Positions 17,101 through 25,567 of a stretch of DNA of 53,481 nucleotides are shown piece by piece. Numbering within the stretch: the stretch's first letter is position 1; each line of letters starts with the position of its first letter. The notes under the pieces were generated by a model, which had not been told where the DNA came from, ran no database searches, and saw only the letters and a program-made list of their open reading frames with translations. The stretch covers positions 1 through 53,481 of IMG/VR virus record IMGVR_UViG_3300044707_000344; one strand, 5' to 3'. Source of the stretch: a virus (Duplodnaviria > Caudoviricetes). A program made the position numbers and the translations under genes.

Positions 17101-19428
17101 GAGGCATTCGGGACGTCGATCCAGCGATTGGCCGTCAACATCGGCAAGGCGACGCCTGGCGACGCTCTCGACAAGTCGCTCCGAAACATCAACTTGTCGG
17201 TGCAGGAGCTGCGTGCCCTGTCGCCAGAGCAGCAGTTTTCCGCGATTGGCCAGGCGATATCGCAGCTGCCGACGGCGGCGGATCGTGCTGCCGCTGCGGT
17301 GGAGGTGTTCGGCAAGCAAGGGGCGGCCCTGGCTCCGTTGTTCCGCGAAGGTGCTGACAGCATCGAGGAGTTGCGTGCTCGAGCCGAGCGGCTTGGCATC
17401 ATCGTCAACGAGACGCAGATCGAGAACGTCGCGGCAATGAACGATGGGTTCGACCTCGTGTCGAAGACTGTCGAGGGCATCATCGGCCAGGTGGTTGGCA
17501 ATCTTGCCCCTGCCGTGACTACCGTCACTGATGAGTTCCTTCGATTCGTCGAGGGCTTCGCAGGTGCCGAGGGGAATGGCGGCACCGGAATCGCCAACGC
17601 TATAACGGACGTGCTGCTACAAGGTGCTGACTACCTCGCGGGCGTTTTTGATTCATTCGTTGAAAACTTCGACGGTTTTGTGGTTGGGCTAAAAAGCTCT
17701 GCCGAAGTATTCGCCGCTGTGGGCAATGCGTTCACAGCAGCAGGCGAATCGCTCCGCGTCATATTCAATGCGTTTGAGATTTTCGTAAACGGAAGCCTCG
17801 GATTGACCGGCAGGCTGCTAGAGCAATTCGGGAAACTGTTCTCGACAGACGTGCAGGAGTTTGGCAAAGGGCTGGCCATCCAATCCGAAGCCGCGATGCA
17901 GCAAAACGTCGCAGAACTGCAGGACGCCGCCTCCAACGCAGCCAAGGCTGCCACGCAGGTCATTTACGGTGGCGAATCATCTGCCGGCGCTGCCGGCAAG
18001 GGTGCAGCAACGGAGTTCGTCGACGCCTTCGCGGCACGGATTCAGCAGGAGCGATCTCCGCAGTTCCAAATCGAAACCAACATTGAGAAAACGCGAGAGC
18101 GTTTCGATTCGTTCTTCGGCGGCATCGTCGACCAAAGCAGCGTCATCACTGATGCCATGCGTGGATTTGAGGCGGCCGTCGCAGACGTGCAAGATCCGCT
18201 GAAGCTAAACGAGGAAGAGATCGCCCGCATCAAGGCGGCTCAAGACAAGGTCAACGAGGCCATCACCAAGGAGCAGGCGCGGCGTCAAGAAGTGGCTGAT
18301 GCCGCCGCCAAGCAGGCCGACGCGGACGCAAAGCGAATCGAGAGCCTGACGAAGCCCAACGACGCTCAGTCGAAGCTGGCAGAGGATCTCGCAGCCGTTG
18401 AGCGTGAGCAGGTTCGCGTACAGGAGCAGCAAGCGGCAGCGCGTGCTGCCCAAGATACTGCCTCCGCAGACGCTGCCACTGCGAGGCTGGCACAGCTTGA
18501 CCAGCTGCAGGCGAAGCTGCAAGACACGCAAGCCGCCTCGGAGCAAGGCTTCTCGGACGGCTTTGTCAAAGCGTTTGAAGCGACCAACAAAAGCATTCGC
18601 GACCTTGTAGACAAAGCCGAGGTCAAATCCCTTGTTGGCGTTCCTGACGCAGTAGGGCGGGCTGCGGCAATTGCCGCCGACAATCTCCAGCAGTCAATCG
18701 ACACGCTGCAAGAAAAGGTCAAGGCTGGGATTCTCACGAAAGAATCCTACGACCAAGAGGTTGCCAGGCAGAGAGAGGTATTTGCTGATCGACTTGCTGG
18801 TGCGCAGCGAGTGGAAGAGTTTCTTGCCGCGCAGCTTGACGAGAGGCAGCGTGCTGAAATTCAGTTCCAAGACACGCTTGAACAGAGAAAAATCCAAGCA
18901 GCGGAAAATGTAAAGGCCATACAGGACAGAATCACTGCGGAACAAGAAGCAGTCCAGAACGCTCGCAATACCGGCGACCTCAAGGCTGCGAAGGAAGGAG
19001 CCGACAGGCTCAAGCAGCTTCGGCAGGCAGAGAAGATCGAGAAAGGCATCGCCGCCGGCCGGATAAACTTTCAGCAGCAGGCCGCCGGCGGCAATCAGCA
19101 GTTCGGTGCCGCGATTGCCCAGCAGCAGAGGGCCGCACAGTCGCAGCAGCGGATGCTGGATTCTGCGAACGACGCTATCGCGGCAACTGCGAGGGCCGGT
19201 GCAGAGCTTGCCCGCCGAGCGGAGCTTGCCCGTCCCGTGCAGGGGCCGGTGGCGACTGCCGACATTCGCACCGCCGAGGGTGCAAAGCTCGTGCTCGGGC
19301 TCGGCGCTCAGGCTCAAGACCCGCAGCTGATCGAGGCTCGCCTGCAGACGAAGCAACTGGCGGGTATTCGGACGGCAATCACTAATGCCGTGGCGGGCTA
19401 CCTCAACACGCCAGCGGAGATTTTCTGA
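14185..19428 (+). CDS. Tape measure protein
   Basis: 1747 aa, Ala-rich, helical, repeated; directly after the chaperone genes. Confidence 0.93.
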   Translation: MANILGLALKVSGDASGLAKSLTPVDRALDNLGKQAEKATAVFQPFAEKTAAAGKAQEEFAAKFESLAQQLRNGVVAPNEYAAAFGQLTEEAKAAAAAFQEGLQITQQNQTADQARAASLERLNELLKMGAIDARNFGLESAKLSEGSDSTALDRFTEAIAPLRAAFEGGALSAERFAEQSREIAAAISGSTPTAERQATAILELRDRFEAGRISIEQYREEFSRIQSGDIATTFEVQVVGVREGVEASNELRASLAQLTDTQITAALQIAGVEELDDLRQQFAGVDGTQIDAVLKVLGVDSIDAARERLIALGALQIEPKLQAIGFENIDAAQSAIESLSDRSVTATLEFLGAGTISDAAERLAALDGTTVEAFLQATGFESIDAAQAKLGELKDVDVAATLQLLGVDTIDAARNRLVALGEVQIQPKLQAIGFDSIDAAQSAIESLSDRSVTATLEFLGTDSIDDARERLGVIDGTTVEAFLRASGFDSIDAAQAKLAELQSVDVAATLTVLGVDTIDEARQRLASISTVDIEPVLRLLGVDSIADARQQLAAVNGTEIDAQLRVLGVDGIESAKALLASVEGKNVDLIAKTLGLDSVLSLTQAIDASESKTVTFDVAGNADEETKRIAELVTEQDAYQAAIAEGLRVTREVRTAEERRAAELEKIESLLARGAISEETAGRARDKATGSVEAAARAEAESQKAREKLLQEGARLTEQFASEEEKRAKTIQQIDDLLKAGVISEETYAKARGQATGEADKAAEAASKYQQVIEDGLRVTASVATEEERRATELEKLESLLSQGAISQETFVRASERATGVEKERADAAASAARIIAANLTPQEKYDQQIQELTQHLDAGRLTQEQFNRAAQKAKSDLDGVGSEAAKTDKNIERLNKNVSILAQIEIGRLVFDGVRALGNAFTSVTSQITSLVGSVNSSLDTLNDFSARTGIGVEALQGYAVAAKLAGVDTEAFGTSIQRLAVNIGKATPGDALDKSLRNINLSVQELRALSPEQQFSAIGQAISQLPTAADRAAAAVEVFGKQGAALAPLFREGADSIEELRARAERLGIIVNETQIENVAAMNDGFDLVSKTVEGIIGQVVGNLAPAVTTVTDEFLRFVEGFAGAEGNGGTGIANAITDVLLQGADYLAGVFDSFVENFDGFVVGLKSSAEVFAAVGNAFTAAGESLRVIFNAFEIFVNGSLGLTGRLLEQFGKLFSTDVQEFGKGLAIQSEAAMQQNVAELQDAASNAAKAATQVIYGGESSAGAAGKGAATEFVDAFAARIQQERSPQFQIETNIEKTRERFDSFFGGIVDQSSVITDAMRGFEAAVADVQDPLKLNEEEIARIKAAQDKVNEAITKEQARRQEVADAAAKQADADAKRIESLTKPNDAQSKLAEDLAAVEREQVRVQEQQAAARAAQDTASADAATARLAQLDQLQAKLQDTQAASEQGFSDGFVKAFEATNKSIRDLVDKAEVKSLVGVPDAVGRAAAIAADNLQQSIDTLQEKVKAGILTKESYDQEVARQREVFADRLAGAQRVEEFLAAQLDERQRAEIQFQDTLEQRKIQAAENVKAIQDRITAEQEAVQNARNTGDLKAAKEGADRLKQLRQAEKIEKGIAAGRINFQQQAAGGNQQFGAAIAQQQRAAQSQQRMLDSANDAIAATARAGAELARRAELARPVQGPVATADIRTAEGAKLVLGLGAQAQDPQLIEARLQTKQLAGIRTAITNAVAGYLNTPAEIF

Positions 19429-20300
19429 TGAGCGTTGCATCCTACCGCGAGCTGGGCCGCACGATCGAAGGCGCTATCGGCGAGTCGACCGTGGCGAAGC
19501 GACGGTTCGTTGTCATCCTTGACGACAACGCCACGGTCTCGCCCACGGCGAACCTGGATGTCGTCAACGCTGTCGGCGGCGGACTGTGGGGCGTCGCCCA
19601 CCCGGAGTTTTCATTTCTGAAGCTCCGCAAAATCGTGATGAATGAGACGTTCGGCGAGAATCCGTACCACGTCGAGGTCATCCTTGAGTACGCGGTGCTG
19701 ACGACGAATCAGGCACTCGGGCCGCTTGACAGAATCCCAGAGTGGAAATTTGAGGTCGTGTCGGGCGAGCAGATTCCGGCGCTTTCCTACTACGACGGGA
19801 CGGACAGGCGACCGCTCACGAACAGTGCAAACGATTATTTTGAAGGGCTGACCGTCGAGGAGTCTCTGACGCGAGCGACGATCACGCGGAATTTTGCCTC
19901 TCGCCCCGATGCAATCATCGGATCGTTCGGCTATGTGAATTCCGATTCGTTCGTCGGCACGGAGCCGTATCAGTGCAAGCACGAGGGAAGCACGATCGAG
20001 CGTATCGAGGAACTGTGGGGCAACGCGATTGTTTCCTACTGGAAAACGGAGTCGCAGGTGCTGTTCCGCCCGACAGGCTGGAACCTCCAGCTGCCTGACG
20101 TGGGGTTCAATTTCCTCTCGGGCAACCAGAAGCGTCGCGCGATGGTGTTCGACTTTGAGAACGGCGAATGGATTCCCAGTGCCAACCCCGTCGGACTCAA
20201 CGGCAGCGGTGCACAGACGGGCAGCTACCCGGCGATTCTGGAGCGGCGAGTGCTGCCAGAGGCGAGCTTTACCGGCCTTTTCGGCTCGCCGCCGGGCTGA
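19428..20300 (+). CDS. Tail tip/distal tail-like protein
   Basis: Coupled to the tape measure stop; call is positional. Confidence 0.55.
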   Translation: MSVASYRELGRTIEGAIGESTVAKRRFVVILDDNATVSPTANLDVVNAVGGGLWGVAHPEFSFLKLRKIVMNETFGENPYHVEVILEYAVLTTNQALGPLDRIPEWKFEVVSGEQIPALSYYDGTDRRPLTNSANDYFEGLTVEESLTRATITRNFASRPDAIIGSFGYVNSDSFVGTEPYQCKHEGSTIERIEELWGNAIVSYWKTESQVLFRPTGWNLQLPDVGFNFLSGNQKRRAMVFDFENGEWIPSANPVGLNGSGAQTGSYPAILERRVLPEASFTGLFGSPPG

Positions 20301-20307
20301 ATAGCGT

Positions 20308-20338
20308 CTGCAAGAATCGTACCCGCAAGGCGTAAAAC
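20308..20338 (+). promoter_or_regulatory. Putative late promoter CTGCAAG-N16-CGTAAAAC
   Basis: Intergenic; same motif and spacing as 7712. Confidence 0.5.
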
Positions 20339-20344
20339 AGAATC

Positions 20345-20725
20345 ATGGCAGACACGACATACGAGCAGTTGCCGGCCGAGCTTGATCTCGCGTTCGTCAA
20401 AGGTGACGAATTCGGGATGGTCATCTCGATGGACGGCACGGACTTGACCGGCCACACCTACGACAGCCGCATCTACGCACTCACGAGCGTCGCTGCTGGC
20501 GGCGGGCTCGGAGCCGGGGTGACGGTTGCCGCGGGTGGCACCGTGGTGGCGTTCACCGTCACGCAGGTCAATCTCACCGCCGGCCAGGTCAACGTCTCAC
20601 TCTCCGAGGTGCAGACGGACCAGCTGGCGGCGACGGGCGTGTACCGCTGGTGGTTCAAGACGATCACGCCCGGCAACGTGACGCGGACCTATCTGGCCGG
20701 TGACGTGAGCGTGAGGGTTCCCTGA
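20345..20725 (+). CDS. Fibre-anchoring/baseplate upper protein-like (module 1)
   Basis: YEQLPAELDL...GQVNVSL...RTYLAG; clear paralog of 49502-49825. Confidence 0.6.
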   Translation: MADTTYEQLPAELDLAFVKGDEFGMVISMDGTDLTGHTYDSRIYALTSVAAGGGLGAGVTVAAGGTVVAFTVTQVNLTAGQVNVSLSEVQTDQLAATGVYRWWFKTITPGNVTRTYLAGDVSVRVP

Positions 20726-22170
20726 TGGCCATCAGCGTCTCGATCCTTGGCGAGACGGGCGTCAGTGTCTCCGTCAGCGGCAACACGGGTATCTCCGTGG
20801 TCGCCAGCGGCGGCATCGGACCCGCTGGATTCCTGACCGTGCCAGGCACGGCGACGAATGCGTTCGGCACGTTCCAGCTGGTGCCCGGACCTGGCATCAC
20901 GGTCAGCACGACGAGCGGACAGTTCACGATTGCGAGCTACGACACGGCGGTCGTGGCGGGGTTCTCCCCGGTGCAGTCCGTGGCCGGGAGAGTCGGGGCA
21001 ATCGTCCTCCAAGCGAGTGACGTCACGGCTGGCACGTTCGCGATTGCTCGCATCCCGACGATCTCGTACACGGCTCTGAGCAGCGTTCCGACGACGTTTG
21101 CCCCGTCGGCTCACACGCATTCGACCACGGACGTGGTGGCATTCACGGCGGCGGCGTCTGCCGCAGCACCCGTGCAGTCGGTGCAGTCGAGGACGGGTGC
21201 CGTCGTCATCACACGGGCAGACCTCACCGCCGCCGCTGAGGTGCACACGCACTCGACCAGCGACATCGTCGGGCTCACGGCGTCGTTCTCGCAAGTCGGC
21301 CACACGCACGCAGCCGGCGACATCCAGAGCGGGACGCTCGACATCGCCCGCATCCCGACCATCGGGTACACCGCCCTGTCTGGCGTTCCATCGTCGTTCT
21401 CTCCCTCGGCACATACGCACTCCACGACCGACATCGTGTCGTTCACTGCGGCGGCGTCGGCAGCAGCCCCTGTGCAGTCGGTGGCGGGCCGCACGGGGGC
21501 GATCAGCCTGGCCGCGGCAGACGTCTCGGGTCTGGCGAGCGTGGCCACCAGCGGCTCGTACACGAGCCTAAGCAACGTGCCGCTGACGTTCGCACCGGCT
21601 ACGCACACGCACTCCACCAGCGACATCTCCGGGTATGCCGGGCTGCCGGCGCAGGCTGGCTACGCTGGGCCGCTGGTCACGGACGGCACGAATGCGACGT
21701 GGACGAGTCGCTATTCCATCGTGAGTCCCGTGCTCGTGCAGGGCGCGGGCATGGCGTTCACCCGTGACACGTCCGCCGGCTCTATCACGATTGCTTTCGC
21801 CGGCGGCACGTCCGGCCTGGCTGTTGGCTCGGCAACGCCGCAGCCGCTCGGCACGGCAGCGGCCGGTTCGTCCGCGAACGCCAGCCGCGAGGATCACGTC
21901 CACGGGTTGCCGACGGTCGGGGACATCACTGCCGCTGCCGCGGTTCACACCCATGCCGCCGCCGACATCACGAGTGGCACGCTCGACGTCGCTCGGATGC
22001 CGAGCCACGTGAGCACCCTCAACGGGCTCACGGGAACGCTGACTATTGCGGCGGGGAGTAATGTGACGGTCAGCACCGCCGGCTCGACGATCACGATTGC
22101 GTCGGGTGGTGGAAGCGGTGGCTCTGCCGCCCCGGCTGCACGTTCTCTGCATTTTGTCTTCCGTACTTGA
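20725..22170 (+). CDS. Tail fibre protein (module 1)
   Basis: Repeated PVQSVAGR, SAHTH, ASREDHVH, SGTLD motifs; Ala/Thr/Ser/Gly-rich. Confidence 0.85.
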   Translation: MAISVSILGETGVSVSVSGNTGISVVASGGIGPAGFLTVPGTATNAFGTFQLVPGPGITVSTTSGQFTIASYDTAVVAGFSPVQSVAGRVGAIVLQASDVTAGTFAIARIPTISYTALSSVPTTFAPSAHTHSTTDVVAFTAAASAAAPVQSVQSRTGAVVITRADLTAAAEVHTHSTSDIVGLTASFSQVGHTHAAGDIQSGTLDIARIPTIGYTALSGVPSSFSPSAHTHSTTDIVSFTAAASAAAPVQSVAGRTGAISLAAADVSGLASVATSGSYTSLSNVPLTFAPATHTHSTSDISGYAGLPAQAGYAGPLVTDGTNATWTSRYSIVSPVLVQGAGMAFTRDTSAGSITIAFAGGTSGLAVGSATPQPLGTAAAGSSANASREDHVHGLPTVGDITAAAAVHTHAAADITSGTLDVARMPSHVSTLNGLTGTLTIAAGSNVTVSTAGSTITIASGGGSGGSAAPAARSLHFVFRT

Positions 22171-22178
22171 GGTGAAGG

Positions 22179-22553
22179 ATGGCTGCTCCGAATGTTGCCG
22201 GTACCGCGACCGAGGTGTATCTGCGGACAGTGACGATCCCTGTCGGCACCGCCACCGGGTCGAGCGCTACGCTGGTTCTCGCCAACGGGTCCGCTAGTTC
22301 CGCCGTCCTCGAGATCAACTCGCTTACCGTCAATAACGTAGACGGAGTGAACTCTGCCGACGTGAGCGTGCTGCGATTCGTCGGCACGAACTCCACGCAG
22401 CTGTATACGACGATCTCGGTCCCGGCCGACGCCTCGCTCCGCGTGGTCGACGGCACCGCGAAGCTGGTGCTGCCCGAGGATCACACGATTCGCGTCTTCG
22501 CGAACGCTACCGGCGACCTGACGGTCGACGTGGCCTACGTCGAATACAAGTGA
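22179..22553 (+). CDS. Small beta-rich virion/fibre-associated protein
   Basis: GAGGTG RBS; follows the fibre gene. Confidence 0.6.
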   Translation: MAAPNVAGTATEVYLRTVTIPVGTATGSSATLVLANGSASSAVLEINSLTVNNVDGVNSADVSVLRFVGTNSTQLYTTISVPADASLRVVDGTAKLVLPEDHTIRVFANATGDLTVDVAYVEYK

Positions 22554-22565
22554 CGTAGGTGACGC

Positions 22566-23027
22566 ATGGAGCGGATCTCATTCACACGGCCTGCCGCGGC
22601 GAGGATCGCTCGTGCCGTTAGGGTCGTTGAGAACGCCCGGCCTGGTGGGCAGCCGCTAGAGACGCAGCGGCAGGACACGCTCGCGAAAGCGCGGGTATTT
22701 CGCGTCGCCACCTACACGGGCGCGTGGGCTATCGGTTCGGCGAAGACCGTGACGTTCAAGAATCGGACGTCGACTCCGAATACCGTCAGTGCGACGAATC
22801 TGTTCTTCCCCGTCACGTCGACTGCGGCGGGTAGCAGGGACTGCGCCGTCGCGAAAGACGGCACGGCGTGGTTTTTGATTGACGTCGTTCAGCAGACAAC
22901 GGCCGTGATTGTTCTCACGGGCGTCAGCCTCGGGACGGCGGGGCTGCAATTCACGCGAGCGTCTATCACTGTCGCCAGCACGGCGACGGAGAGCGTGTCG
23001 ACCATTACCACGACGGCCTGCACATGA
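22566..23027 (+). CDS. Hypothetical tail-module protein
   Basis: AGGTG RBS; ATGA-coupled to next gene. Confidence 0.6.
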   Translation: MERISFTRPAAARIARAVRVVENARPGGQPLETQRQDTLAKARVFRVATYTGAWAIGSAKTVTFKNRTSTPNTVSATNLFFPVTSTAAGSRDCAVAKDGTAWFLIDVVQQTTAVIVLTGVSLGTAGLQFTRASITVASTATESVSTITTTACT

Positions 23028-23863
23028 CGCCCATCGCCACGAAGAACGGCAGCATCATCGTCAAGGACGGCAGCATCGCGGAGGGCTGCGAGTGCTGCGG
23101 TGGGTGGTATTGCGACCAGCAGTACGGCGCGTGCTGCAATGGGACTCAGTGCGAAAACAAATACAAGTGCGACTGCGCAAGCACGAGCACGTTCAAAAAC
23201 GGTGTGCCCTGCGGCGCGAGCGCGTGCTATTGCGTGTTTCCAACACTTGAGCCGCTGCCGGGCGCGATTACTAGCATTGACGATCCGATGATTGGCCGCC
23301 GGCTGCCTATCTACTGCACTCTCACCGACGGCCGGCACTCATATTCTGGGAACTATACAAACATTCAAACCTTTTTCCCTGACGCCGCAAGCCTGCTTGC
23401 CGTGTATGGATCAGAAGCACAAACTTCGTTCACCGAAGCGCCCGCACTAGGTGCCAGTGGGTCTAATTACGGTGTCTCAGTAGAAGGAATCTGGAAGAAA
23501 TATCTTGCCACTCCGTTCACGCTATTCCCGCCATTCGCTTCGCCGTGCTGCGGAGATCTCACGGATGGCAACGCGTACGTACTAGCCCAACTGATATGCA
23601 ATAAACAGACGGGACAGTGGGCGATGTCGTGGTCGACTGGAATGACTTGCTTTAGGTGGACGCGTGATCCTTTCTATGGCACATACTCGTACCAGACAAA
23701 CCCCACGTTGCTCTACTCCGACAGCGGCACGATTTTGATACCGGCCGCGTCAAACGGACTTCCGGAGGAGGGAACGCACTCGCTTGCGTCGGGTGCGGGG
23801 TATGGAACTCCGTGCGAGAATTACATACTCAACGCATCTATCACAATCTCGCATTCTGCGTAG
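23024..23863 (+). CDS. Cysteine-rich putative receptor-binding/virion protein A
   Basis: CECCGGWYC, GACC, CDC, CYC N-terminus; C-terminal domain paralogous to 23870-24730. Confidence 0.7.
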   Translation: MTPIATKNGSIIVKDGSIAEGCECCGGWYCDQQYGACCNGTQCENKYKCDCASTSTFKNGVPCGASACYCVFPTLEPLPGAITSIDDPMIGRRLPIYCTLTDGRHSYSGNYTNIQTFFPDAASLLAVYGSEAQTSFTEAPALGASGSNYGVSVEGIWKKYLATPFTLFPPFASPCCGDLTDGNAYVLAQLICNKQTGQWAMSWSTGMTCFRWTRDPFYGTYSYQTNPTLLYSDSGTILIPAASNGLPEEGTHSLASGAGYGTPCENYILNASITISHSA

Positions 23864-23869
23864 CGACAC

Positions 23870-24730
23870 ATGGCCTGCCTCCAAACATCAGCCGGCAATG
23901 GCGGACCGGGCATTCGTCCGACCTACGCCACCGAAGCCGCCTGTCTCGAAGCCTGCAAAGAAGGCGCGTGCTGCGAAGGCACGACGTGCAGCGTCAAGCC
24001 GCAGTGCCAGTGCCAGGGAACGGGGAAGACGTTCAAGGGGGTGGGGACGACGTGCCAAAGCAGCCCTTGCATCTGCGTGTTTCCAACGCTCAACCCGCTT
24101 CCGGGCGCGACAGCGTCGAACGATTATCCTCTTGTTGGAAAGCGACTTCCTGTTTACTGCACTATCTCAGACGGCGCTCGGACATTTAGTGGAAATTATG
24201 CGCCTACTTACCCTGGCGGCGGTGGCGTTCAAGCAATACTAGCTGCATACGGAAATGAGTATCAAGGTGCCTCCACGAATGAACCGGCGGGTGATGCTGT
24301 CGGCGGGATAGTGAAGTTTTGCGTGACTTCTGATTGGCTTCGCTATCTAGATTACCCGGCTCCATCGCAACTCCCATTTGGAACACAGCAGCCAAAGTGC
24401 TGCGGAGATTCTCCAGACAACACCGCGAGGGTCGTGTGCTGTCTTTTCTGTAATGAACAATCGGGATCGTGGACGCTGGAGTGGTCTGTTGAACTTCAAT
24501 GTCGCCTGTGGGGGGCGGCCATCGGCGGCAATCAAACCTATCTGAGACCCAGCAGCTTGTATTTTGGAGCCAACGGAAGCATTTCTATCTCCGCAGCGTC
24601 AAACGGACTCCCCCAAGCAGGGACGTATCGTTTTTTTGACGGAACTGCGAATTATTTGAACAACAACACTCCATGCCGCGGCTACATTACGGACGCCTCG
24701 CTAACGATTGCCCATAACCCACTCCCTTGA
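23870..24730 (+). CDS. Cysteine-rich putative receptor-binding/virion protein B
   Basis: GACCEGTTC, CQC, CIC; shares CVFPTL.PLPGA, RLP.YCT..DG, SGNY, AASNGLP with protein A. Confidence 0.7.
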   Translation: MACLQTSAGNGGPGIRPTYATEAACLEACKEGACCEGTTCSVKPQCQCQGTGKTFKGVGTTCQSSPCICVFPTLNPLPGATASNDYPLVGKRLPVYCTISDGARTFSGNYAPTYPGGGGVQAILAAYGNEYQGASTNEPAGDAVGGIVKFCVTSDWLRYLDYPAPSQLPFGTQQPKCCGDSPDNTARVVCCLFCNEQSGSWTLEWSVELQCRLWGAAIGGNQTYLRPSSLYFGANGSISISAASNGLPQAGTYRFFDGTANYLNNNTPCRGYITDASLTIAHNPLP

Positions 24731-25161
24731 TTACCTGCCACCGCTCTAGCCTTGAGCAGCGATGCGCCGAGCGAGGCTACACGCTCGGCGAGGTCATGTC
24801 GTGCGTCGTTTCCCAGGACGGCGACCAGTGGATGATAGACGTTGACCACGCGGCATATCCTCGGTCGCCCAAGCCTGGCCACGAGCAGCCGCCGCCCCAG
24901 CCCGTTGGCCACGGCCCCGGCACCGAGCTATCCAAGCTCTTGAAACGCTTTGGCATCGAGCCGACGCCGACGTGCTCCTGCCGAGCCAAGGCGGCAGAGA
25001 TGGACGCATGGGGATGCGACGAGTGCAGCAAGCCGGAACGGATCGACGAGGTCGTGGCGGTCATGCGCGCAGAGGCACAGGCACGCGGCCTGCCGTTCCT
25101 CGACGCCGCCGGGAGGCTCCTCGTGCGACGGGCGATAGCCAACGCCCGCCGTCGTGCTTGA
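24727..25161 (+). CDS. Hypothetical Cys-containing protein
   Basis: TTG start overlapping upstream stop; GPGTEL...CSC...MDAWG. Confidence 0.6.
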   Translation: MITCHRSSLEQRCAERGYTLGEVMSCVVSQDGDQWMIDVDHAAYPRSPKPGHEQPPPQPVGHGPGTELSKLLKRFGIEPTPTCSCRAKAAEMDAWGCDECSKPERIDEVVAVMRAEAQARGLPFLDAAGRLLVRRAIANARRRA

Positions 25162-25200
25162 CGCGCCTGTCACGCTGTAGGCGTCACAGGAGCGACGCCC

Positions 25201-25428
25201 ATGCCACGGCCAAGGAAGCAGCCGAAGCCCAAGCCTGACGCCGTCATCCTGCCCCCGGAGCTCGACGATGACGACGAAGAAGGCGGCAGTGTCATCCCCG
25301 ACGATGACGGCTGGATCACCCTCAAGCAGGGCAGCGGAGATTCTGGCGCTGGCACAGGCGTCGGGCCAGACGAATTGGCTCACCGCCCTACCGCCAAGCG
25401 AAAAAGAACTCCTCGTCGAAATCCGTGA
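25201..25428 (+). CDS. Small acidic/basic hypothetical protein
   Basis: AGGAG RBS at ~25188. Confidence 0.5.
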   Translation: MPRPRKQPKPKPDAVILPPELDDDDEEGGSVIPDDDGWITLKQGSGDSGAGTGVGPDELAHRPTAKRKRTPRRNP

Positions 25429-25567
25429 CCGCTGGCGTGCGACTCGCGAGATGACGGGCGTGTCGGCCGCATCGCTGGCGAAGACGCTGATTTCCCAGAT
25501 GCCAGAGACACGATTCCCCTGCAAGAAGGGACTCTCGGAATGGCTGCTCCACGCCGACGCGCCGTAG
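25268..25567 (+). CDS. Small helical hypothetical protein (alternative start 25304)
   Basis: Protein-like C-terminal half; overlaps both neighbours. Confidence 0.5.
   Translation: MTTKKAAVSSPTMTAGSPSSRAAEILALAQASGQTNWLTALPPSEKELLVEIRDRWRATREMTGVSAASLAKTLISQMPETRFPCKKGLSEWLLHADAP

Noticed and set aside
20960-21620. Repeats in tail fibre 1 as invertible or shufflon sites
   Set aside because: They are in-frame direct protein repeats (about 100-aa period), not inverted recombination sites, and no invertase is adjacent.
23024-24730. Diversity-generating retroelement (VR/TR pair) in the Cys-rich paralogs
   Set aside because: No reverse transcriptase ORF (no YxDD in an RT context) was seen, and differences between the paralogs affect all bases rather than adenines only.
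25519-25545. Additional CTGCAAG late-promoter copy
   Set aside because: No -10-like box at the conserved spacing, and it would overlap the next start codon.
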